From Bradyrhizobium sp. (GTDB lineage Bacteria; Pseudomonadota; Alphaproteobacteria; Rhizobiales; Xanthobacteraceae), in the NCBI RefSeq assembly GCF_036009065.1, contig NZ_DASYMN010000102.1, positions 3,202 through 67,201 of the forward strand: DNA of 64,000 bases. Reading direction: 5' to 3'. Shown here piece after piece: positions 57,102 to 64,000 of this stretch; positions within the stretch are counted from its first letter, which is position 1; every line of letters starts with the position of its first letter. Below the pieces are notes generated by a model. The model was not told the DNA's origin and ran no database searches. It saw nothing but the letters and a program-made list of their open reading frames with translations. Made by a program: the position numbers and the translations under genes.

Positions 57102-57431
57102 ATGAAAAGCCAGCGGCCAGTGATCGAGGATGACGAGCACCGCGTGCTCAAGTTCCGGCCGCGCACCCAGGCCAAGCCGCCGGGCCGGGAGGCTCGTCAG
57201 AACGACGTCAGGCCGGAACCCAACGACTTATCGCGCTATGAACGAAGCCGGGAAGAACCGGACGAATTTCGCCATCGCATGCTGGCGAATATGGCGGCGT
57301 TCGCCTTCACCGTGGCGCTGACCGCCATCGGTATCTGGCTTGCCATGAGCATCGCGGATCTGCGCAAGACCCAGGATTGCGTGTTGATGGGCCGGCGGGA
57401 TTGCGCGCACATCTCGTCGCCGCGTTCCTGA
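57102..57431 (+). CDS. Hypothetical single-pass membrane protein
   Basis: RHRMLAN TM helix followed by [11 protein letters not shown]. Confidence 0.7.
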   Translation: MKSQRPVIEDDEHRVLKFRPRTQAKPPGREARQNDVRPEPNDLSRYERSREEPDEFRHRMLANMAAFAFTVALTAIGIWLAMSIADLRKTQDCVLMGRRDCAHISSPRS

Positions 57432-57616
57432 CGTTTCCGGCGCGGCTGGGGACCCGAAATCGGCCGAAACCGCCATGTTCCGCCGCCATTGAACTCAGGG
57501 CGGCGCTCCGATATACGGGCACTCGACACCGCATGGGGGACGGGGCGTTTCCAGGGCACTGCCCTCTCTTCGCGCGCCATCCCGCCATTTATCTTCAATG
57601 TATCAAAGGCTTAATG

Positions 57617-57919
57617 ATGTCTTCTACATTCGACAAGATCGCCGACATTATCGCGGAAACCTGCGACATTCCACGGGACACGATAACTCCCGAGAGCCAC
57701 GCGATCGACGATTTGGGGATCGACAGTCTGGACTTTCTCGACATCGCCTTCGCGATCGACAAGGCGTTCGGGATCAAGCTGCCGCTGGAGAAGTGGACGC
57801 AGGAGGTCAACGACGGCAAGGCCACGACGGAGCAGTATTTCGTCCTGAAAAACCTCAGCGAGCGCATCGACGAACTGGTCGCCGCCAAGGGCGCGCAGTC
57901 GCCTGACAATGCAACTTGA
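57617..57919 (+). CDS. acpXL: Specialised acyl carrier protein AcpXL
   Basis: [30 protein letters not shown]; heads the VLCFA cluster. Confidence 0.93.
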   Translation: MSSTFDKIADIIAETCDIPRDTITPESHAIDDLGIDSLDFLDIAFAIDKAFGIKLPLEKWTQEVNDGKATTEQYFVLKNLSERIDELVAAKGAQSPDNAT

Positions 57920-58382
57920 ATACTTTTACCTGATCGACCGTATCGTCGACCTCAACATCGGCGAGAAAACCATCACGGCCGAGGCGCAGGTACCTCAGCA
58001 AAACACCATCTTCGAAGGACACTTTCCGGGCTTTCCGCTGATGCCCGGCGTGTTGCTGATCGAGACCATGGCGCAGACGTCAGGATGGCTGCTGGTCGCC
58101 CTGATGAAGTTCGAACGCATGCCGTTTCTGGCCGTGGTCAAGGAAGCCAAGATGCGGAGCTTCGTTACTCCCGGCGAACTGCTGAAAATCGATGCCCGCG
58201 TGGTCCACGAGGGCTCGGGCTTCACCATTACGGAAGCCAAGATCAGCGTCGGCGGTAAGCCGAGATGCAACGCGACACTCACCTTCCGCCATATTCCCTT
58301 CCCCAATCCCGACCTGCGCGGACACATGGACGCGATGGCCAAACGCATCGGCTTTCCCGAAGAGGCGATGCCGCATGGCTGA
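57909..58382 (+). CDS. fabZ: 3-hydroxyacyl-ACP dehydratase (FabZ-like, VLCFA cluster)
   Basis: [18 protein letters not shown]. Confidence 0.9.
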   Translation: MQLEYFYLIDRIVDLNIGEKTITAEAQVPQQNTIFEGHFPGFPLMPGVLLIETMAQTSGWLLVALMKFERMPFLAVVKEAKMRSFVTPGELLKIDARVVHEGSGFTITEAKISVGGKPRCNATLTFRHIPFPNPDLRGHMDAMAKRIGFPEEAMPHG

Positions 58383-59583
58383 GCCGAAACCGTCGAACTC
58401 GGATGCGGTGGAAGTCTGGATCACCGGCATCGGTATCGCGACCTCGCTCGGCGAAGGGCTCGACGCGCATTGGGATGCGCTGAATGCGCAGCGCGTCAAC
58501 GTCGACGAAAAGCGCTTCGCGCCCTACATCGTGCATCCCTGGGCGCCCATCAAGCTCGACGCCCAGATCCCGAAAAAGGGCGATCAGCGTCAGATGGAGG
58601 CGTGGCAGCGCATCGGCACCTACGCGGCGGGGCTGGCGCTGGATTCGGCCGGAGTCAAAGGCAATCAGGAAATCCTTGGTCGGATGGACATGATCATCGC
58701 GGCCGGCGGCGGCGAGCGCGATGTTCCGGTCGATTTGGCCATTCTCAATGGCTACGTGAAGGGCAATTCCTCGCCTGCGTTTCTCAACGAACGGCTGATG
58801 AACGATTTGCGGCCGACGCTGTTTCTGGCCCAGCTCTCGAACCTGCTCGCCGGTAACATCGCCATCGTCCACGGTGTGTCGGGGTCGTCGCGCACCTTCA
58901 TGGGTGAGGAAGCCGCCAGCATCGACGCGGCGCGGATCGCGATGGCACGCATCGCCTCGGGCCAAAGCGATATCGCGCTGATCGGTGCGTCGCATAATGG
59001 CGAGCGCTCGGATTTGCTCATCCTCTATGAGTTCGGCGACTACAACCTGAAGGACAAATTTGCTCCGGTTTGGGCGCGGACCGAAAACAGCGGCTTTGCG
59101 CTGGGGTCCGCAGGCGCCTTTCTTGTCATCGAATCCAGGGCACACGCGGAAGCGCGCGGTGCAAAGCCTTATGCGCGGCTGACCAACGTGGTTTCCGACC
59201 GGGCGCAGCGAAAGCAGCCCGGAGAGGTAACGAGATCTCTGGAAGGACTGTGGTCCAGGCTTGGCATCCTCGATGACAACGGCGCGCTTATCACGGGCGC
59301 CACGGGCGTCGACCCTGTTACATCAGAGGAAAAAACCTTCCTGAGCCAGCATCCAGGTTATGCGGTGCGCGCCACGGGAACAATGTTCGGCCACACCCTG
59401 GAAACACAGTTTCCGCTGGGCCTTGCGCTTGCGGCGCTTTCAATCTCGCGCGGCAAGCTGTTTCCGCCCAACGATCCGACCGGATTGGAGGTTGAAATGT
59501 CCAAGCCGCCGACCCAGATTGTTGTCGCCGGCGCCGGCCATTGGCGAGGCGAAGGCATGGCATTGGTCGAGGCGATCAGGTAG
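58375..59583 (+). CDS. Beta-ketoacyl-ACP synthase-like chain (FabF2XL, degenerate active site)
   Basis: ITGIG, LSNLLAGNIAI; GEEAA in place of the catalytic Cys segment. Confidence 0.85.
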   Translation: MAEPKPSNSDAVEVWITGIGIATSLGEGLDAHWDALNAQRVNVDEKRFAPYIVHPWAPIKLDAQIPKKGDQRQMEAWQRIGTYAAGLALDSAGVKGNQEILGRMDMIIAAGGGERDVPVDLAILNGYVKGNSSPAFLNERLMNDLRPTLFLAQLSNLLAGNIAIVHGVSGSSRTFMGEEAASIDAARIAMARIASGQSDIALIGASHNGERSDLLILYEFGDYNLKDKFAPVWARTENSGFALGSAGAFLVIESRAHAEARGAKPYARLTNVVSDRAQRKQPGEVTRSLEGLWSRLGILDDNGALITGATGVDPVTSEEKTFLSQHPGYAVRATGTMFGHTLETQFPLGLALAALSISRGKLFPPNDPTGLEVEMSKPPTQIVVAGAGHWRGEGMALVEAIR

Positions 59584-59611
59584 GCGGCGGCGCGGGATCG
59601 ACGGGGAAATC

Positions 59612-60889
59612 ATGGCAGCATCACGCGATAAATTCGGCAGGCCGATCGTTGTCGTCACCGGCATGGGCATCGTGACATCGCTCGGCACCGGCAAGGACGA
59701 TAATTGGGCAAAGTTGACAGCGGGCGAGTCCGGAATTCGAACCATCACGCGTTTCCCGATCGACGGCTTGAAAACAACGATGGCCGGAACGATCGATTTT
59801 GTAACGGTCGAGCCGTCGTCGTCGACCGCGCTAACCGAAAAACTCGCCGACATGGCCACCGAAGAAGCCGTCGCCCAGTCCGGTATCGGCAGCACGGGCG
59901 ATTTTCCCGGCCCGCTGTTTCTCGCGGTCGCGCCGGTCGAGGTCGAGTGGCCGCAACGCATTGAGGTGGGACGCGCGGTCGGCAAGACGGACATCAGCAT
60001 CGACGACGTATTGCGCATCAGCGGCGGTGGCCGGTTCGCACAATATCATCATCGTTTCATGTTCGGCTCGGTCGCGGGTTATCTGGCCGAGGCTTACGGT
60101 ACCAAGGGTTCGCCGATTTCGCTTTCAACCGCATGCGCATCCGGCGCCACTGCCATCCAGCTTGGCGTGGAGGCCATCCGGCGCGGCGAAACTGACGCGG
60201 CGCTTTGTGTGGCTACCGATGGCTCAGTCAATCTGGAGGCGCTGGTCCGGTTTTCGCTGCTGTCGGCGCTGTCGACCCAGAACGATACGCCGCAGGCCGC
60301 GTCCAAACCATTCTCGAAGAATCGTGATGGTTTCGTCATGGCGGAAGGCGCCGGGGCGCTGGTGCTCGAAAGCTATGAGGCGGCGGTCGCGCGCGGCGCG
60401 ACGATTCTCGGCGTCGTTGCCGGCTGCGGGGAACTGACCGATTCGTTCCACCGCACCCGATCGAGCCCGGACGGCAAGCCGATCATCGGCTGCGTCCGCA
60501 ATGTTCTGGCCGACGCCGGCATGACCGCGGAGCAGATCGACTATATCAATGCTCATGGCACGGCAACGCCCGAAAACGACAAGATGGAATACTTAAGTAT
60601 TTCCGCTGTGTTCGGCGAGCGCACGTCGAAAATTCCGGTCTCGTCCAACAAATCGATGGTGGGGCACACGATTTCGGCGGCGGGAGCGGTGGAGGCGGTT
60701 TTTTCCCTGCTGACGCTTGAGCACCAGCGTATTCCGCCGACCATCAACTACGAAATCCCCGACCCCTCAATCCTGTTCGACGTGGTGCCCAACAAGGCCC
60801 GCGACGCGCGCGTTACAGCTGTCATGTCGAACTCGTTCGGTTTCGGCGGCCAGAATGCCTCCTTGGTCCTGACCCGTGAACCAGTCTAA
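59612..60889 (+). CDS. fabF: Beta-ketoacyl-ACP synthase II (FabF1XL)
   Basis: STACASG, INAHGTATPEND, NKSMVGHT..AAG, SNSFGFGGQN. Confidence 0.92.
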   Translation: MAASRDKFGRPIVVVTGMGIVTSLGTGKDDNWAKLTAGESGIRTITRFPIDGLKTTMAGTIDFVTVEPSSSTALTEKLADMATEEAVAQSGIGSTGDFPGPLFLAVAPVEVEWPQRIEVGRAVGKTDISIDDVLRISGGGRFAQYHHRFMFGSVAGYLAEAYGTKGSPISLSTACASGATAIQLGVEAIRRGETDAALCVATDGSVNLEALVRFSLLSALSTQNDTPQAASKPFSKNRDGFVMAEGAGALVLESYEAAVARGATILGVVAGCGELTDSFHRTRSSPDGKPIIGCVRNVLADAGMTAEQIDYINAHGTATPENDKMEYLSISAVFGERTSKIPVSSNKSMVGHTISAAGAVEAVFSLLTLEHQRIPPTINYEIPDPSILFDVVPNKARDARVTAVMSNSFGFGGQNASLVLTREPV

Positions 60890-60910
60890 CAAGCCTGACG
60901 TTTCGCTCTG

Positions 60911-61843
60911 ATGCGTCGCCTTCTGCTCCGCACCAAGGCCGGTATCCGCGACGCCGCCAAACCGCTCGGCGATGCCGCGGTCGGCGCGCTGACCACCGGC
61001 CTGCTTCGCACCACGCGCTACTTCGATCCCATCAAGACGGCGAACCTGTTCGGCCGTGTCTCACGCTTCATCGGCCGCAGGCTCCGGGAGGACAAAATCG
61101 GCCGCGCCAATCTCACCGCCGCCTTTCCAGAAAAATCGCCAGAAGAGATCGAGACCATCCTTGCAGGCGTGTGGGACAACATCGGCCGCGTCGGCGCCGA
61201 ATTCGCGCATCTCGACCATATCTGGGAGCACGATCCGGCGCATCCCGAAGACAGCCGCATCGAGATCGAGCCGCGCACCCACGAGCTGTTCGCGCAGCTA
61301 CGTCTCGACGGCAAGCCGGCGCTGATTTTCGCAAGCCATCTCGGCAACTGGGAACTGCCGGCGCTGGCCGCAGTCGCACACGGGCTTGACGCCGCGATCC
61401 TGTATCGCCGCCCCAACATCGCCTCCGCCGACCGCGCCGTTGAGAAGTTGCGGGCGGTCAACATGGGAACGCTGATTCCAGCAGGCCGCGACGCGCCGTT
61501 CAAGCTCGCCGAAGCGCTGCAGAAGGGCCAGCACGTCGCCATGCTGGTCGATCAATACCTGACCAATGGCGTCGAGGTGACCTTCTTCGGGCGCAAGACC
61601 AAGGCCAATCCCATGATGGCGCGCCTGCTGCGGCAGGTCGAATGCCCGGTTCACGGCGTGCGTATCATCCGCCTCCCCGGCCATCGTTTCCGCGCCGAAC
61701 TGTCCGAAGAGGTGAAGCCGGTTCGCGATGCCGCGGGGCAAATTGATATTCGAGGGACGATGCAGGCGATCACATCGGTGGTCGAGGGCTGGATCCGCGA
61801 GTATCCCGACCAATGGCTATGGCTGCATCGCCGCTGGCGGTAG
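60911..61843 (+). CDS. lpxXL: Lipid A very-long-chain fatty acyltransferase LpxXL
   Basis: HLGNWE acyltransferase motif, DQ, FFG, PDQWLWLHRRW; ends the acpXL cluster. Confidence 0.85.
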   Translation: MRRLLLRTKAGIRDAAKPLGDAAVGALTTGLLRTTRYFDPIKTANLFGRVSRFIGRRLREDKIGRANLTAAFPEKSPEEIETILAGVWDNIGRVGAEFAHLDHIWEHDPAHPEDSRIEIEPRTHELFAQLRLDGKPALIFASHLGNWELPALAAVAHGLDAAILYRRPNIASADRAVEKLRAVNMGTLIPAGRDAPFKLAEALQKGQHVAMLVDQYLTNGVEVTFFGRKTKANPMMARLLRQVECPVHGVRIIRLPGHRFRAELSEEVKPVRDAAGQIDIRGTMQAITSVVEGWIREYPDQWLWLHRRWR

Positions 61844-61847
61844 ATCA

Positions 61848-61954
61848 CCTCATCCTGAGGAGCCGCGCGCTTGCGCGGCGTCTCGAAGGATGGCCGCAAA
61901 CTCCCTCCTCTCATCCTTCGAGACGCGCGCAAGGGCGCGCTCCTCAGGATGAGG
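61848..61954. repeat. REP element CCTCATCCTGAGGAG...CTCCTCAGGATGAGG
   Basis: 15-bp terminal inverted repeat plus TCTCGAAGGATG / CATCCTTCGAGA inner arms; between convergent genes. Confidence 0.88.
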
Positions 61955-63067
61955 CTACCGTCCGATCTTCACTTTGGTCCACAGCCGGTTGATGACGCGC
62001 TGCGTCGCCGGATCGCGCGCGGTGATCACGAACAGCTTTTTCAGCGTGGCCTCGTCCGGATAGATGTTCTTGTCATTGAGAATCTTGGGGTTCACCAGCT
62101 TCTGGCTCGCGAGGTTGCCATTGGCATAGGACAGAAAATTCGAATTTTTGGCCGCGACATCGGACCGATACAGGTAGTTGATCAACTCGTGGGCCTCGTT
62201 GACGTTCTTGGCATCGGCCGGAATTGCGAGATTGTCGAAGAACATCTCCGCGCCTTCCTTCGGAATTGCATAGCCGACCTCGATACCGTTTTTTGCCTCC
62301 TCCGCGCGGCTTCGCGCCTGCATGATGTCGCCGGACCAACCAACCACCAGGCAGATTTCTCCGGTAGCCAGTGCGTTCAGATATTCCGATGAGTGAAACT
62401 TGCGGACAAACGGTCTGATCTTGACCGCAAGGTCAGCGGCCCGCTCAAGATCGGCCTGCTTCGTCGAATCAGGGTTGAGACCAAGATAGCTCAGCGCCGT
62501 CGGCAGAATATCATCGGCGGAATCCAGCATGTGAACGCCGCAATCCTTGAATTTCGCGACATTTTCCGGCTTGAAGATGACCTCCCAGCTGTCGATTCTG
62601 GCGTCAGGGCCGAGAATGTTCTGCACCGTTTTCACGTTGTAACCGATGCCGGTGGTGCCCCACATGTAGTTGGCGCCATAGCTGTTGTCGCGATCGTAAA
62701 CAGCCAGACGCTGGGTGACTTCCGGCCAGGCATTGGCCAAGTTAGGCAGCTTCGACTTGTCGAGCTTCTGGAAGATATTTGCCAAAACCTGCCGCTGCAG
62801 AAAATACGCACTCGGCACGACCACGTCATATCCCGATTTTCCCGCCAGCAGCCGGGTCTCCAGCGTCTCGTTGGCGTCGAACGTGTCGTACACGACCTTG
62901 ATGCCGGTTTCCTTGGTAAAATCCTCCAGCACTCCGGGCGCCATGTAGTTCGACCAGTTATAGAAATTGACCGCGCGCTGCTCTGCCTGCGCCGGCGGCG
63001 ATGTCAGCGCGCCTAGCAAGGCGGCGACAGCTGCTACCACATGGATGGCGTGAATCTGAACGCGCAC
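61955..63067 (-). CDS. potF: Polyamine ABC transporter substrate-binding protein (PotF/PotD)
   Basis: YNWSNY, YDTFDANE, GYDVVVPS, YMWGTTGIGYN, GWSGD, PKEG. Confidence 0.88.
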   Translation of the reverse strand: MRVQIHAIHVVAAVAALLGALTSPPAQAEQRAVNFYNWSNYMAPGVLEDFTKETGIKVVYDTFDANETLETRLLAGKSGYDVVVPSAYFLQRQVLANIFQKLDKSKLPNLANAWPEVTQRLAVYDRDNSYGANYMWGTTGIGYNVKTVQNILGPDARIDSWEVIFKPENVAKFKDCGVHMLDSADDILPTALSYLGLNPDSTKQADLERAADLAVKIRPFVRKFHSSEYLNALATGEICLVVGWSGDIMQARSRAEEAKNGIEVGYAIPKEGAEMFFDNLAIPADAKNVNEAHELINYLYRSDVAAKNSNFLSYANGNLASQKLVNPKILNDKNIYPDEATLKKLFVITARDPATQRVINRLWTKVKIGR

Positions 63068-63082
63068 CGTGGAGGCTCCAAT

Positions 63083-64000
63083 CTACCTGCGATGCACCGC
63101 ATCCGACAACCGCTCCAGCGCGGTGTCCAGCGTCGCGTCTTTCTTGGCGAAACAGAACCGCACCACCGAGGTCACGGCATCTTCTTCGTAAAATGCCGAC
63201 ACCGGAATCGCCGCGACCTTGTAGTCAGTCACGATGCGCTTGCAGAACGCTTCGTCGGTTTCGTTGAGGCCGAGCGGCGACAGATCGACGGTGAGAAAAT
63301 AAGTACCCTGCGATTTCAGGACCGGGAAGCCGATGCTCTCCAGTCCCTTGGTCAGCCGGTCCCTGCTTCGCGCCAGTTCCTTGCGCATCTCGACAAAATA
63401 CTCGGCCGACTTGCCAAGGCCATAGGCGACGGCGGCCTGGAGATTGGGCGCGGTGGTGAAGGTGAGAAACTGATGCACTTTGGCGGCCACGCGCAACAAT
63501 GGCGGCGCGGCGCAGACAAAACCGATCTTCCAGCCCGTCAGCGAAAAAATCTTGCCGGCGGAGCCCACCTTGATGGTGCGATCGCGCATTCCCGGAATCG
63601 TGATCAGTGGAATGTGCTCGCGGCCATCGAAGGTCACGTGCTCCCAGACTTCGTCGCAGATCGCGATGGTATCGAACTCCTGACAGAATCGCGCCAGCAG
63701 CTCGAGGTCTTCGCGCGGATAGACCACCGCGGCGGGATTGAGCGGGTTGTTGAACAGCACCGCCTTGGTCTTGTGATTGAAGACATTGCGCAACATCTCT
63801 TCCGTCAAGCGCCAGTGCGGCGGCTCCAGGCGCACCAGACGCGGGCTGCCGCCGGCCTGGCGTATGATCGGCAGATAGGAATCATACACCGGCTGGAACG
63901 CCACAACCTCGTCGCCCGGTTCGACGACCGCGAGAATGGCCGATGTCAGCGCTTCCGTGCCACCCGACGTGACCATCACCTCGGTCATCGGGTCGAGGTT
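63083..64000 (-). CDS. PLP-dependent aminotransferase class I/II; 5' end outside window
   Basis: TSGGTEAL, NNPLNP, CDEVWEH, GSAGKIFSLTGWKIG (PLP lysine), RFCFAK. Confidence 0.9.
   Translation of the reverse strand, partial: NLDPMTEVMVTSGGTEALTSAILAVVEPGDEVVAFQPVYDSYLPIIRQAGGSPRLVRLEPPHWRLTEEMLRNVFNHKTKAVLFNNPLNPAAVVYPREDLELLARFCQEFDTIAICDEVWEHVTFDGREHIPLITIPGMRDRTIKVGSAGKIFSLTGWKIGFVCAAPPLLRVAAKVHQFLTFTTAPNLQAAVAYGLGKSAEYFVEMRKELARSRDRLTKGLESIGFPVLKSQGTYFLTVDLSPLGLNETDEAFCKRIVTDYKVAAIPVSAFYEEDAVTSVVRFCFAKKDATLDTALERLSDAVHRR

Overview
GC-rich alphaproteobacterial chromosome segment; gene content and intergenic REP families point to Bradyrhizobium or a close relative (inference). Core-type genes include sugar-acid dehydratase/SDRs, a TonB-dependent receptor with exbB-exbD-tonB and Irr-like boxes, MarR plus an RND pump, a branched-chain ABC transporter, a HerA-like ATPase, the acpXL-fabZ-fabF-fabF-lpxXL lipid A cluster, potF and an aminotransferase. 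These alternate with accessory patches holding several frameshifted genes and two decaying toxin-antitoxin modules. The standout is a four-gene operon (39259-44389, minus strand) abutting the 3' end of tRNA-Gln(CTG): ferritin-like protein, a 403-aa LodA/GoxA-like quinoprotein, a radical SAM/SPASM enzyme and a flavoprotein. The LodA-like active-site segment (LCSPWQGDFAACVGYW) has the Cys-x5-Asp-x3-Cys spacing of the QHNDH gamma subunit, suggesting a hybrid CTQ system with a radical-SAM thioether cross-link. Also notable are a MetE-like gene translationally coupled to a sensor-less HWE kinase, and a secreted lactonase-like gene heading a Gld-type ABC/DUF4340/HupE-UreJ operon. Family calls come from motif recognition only; no database searches were run.
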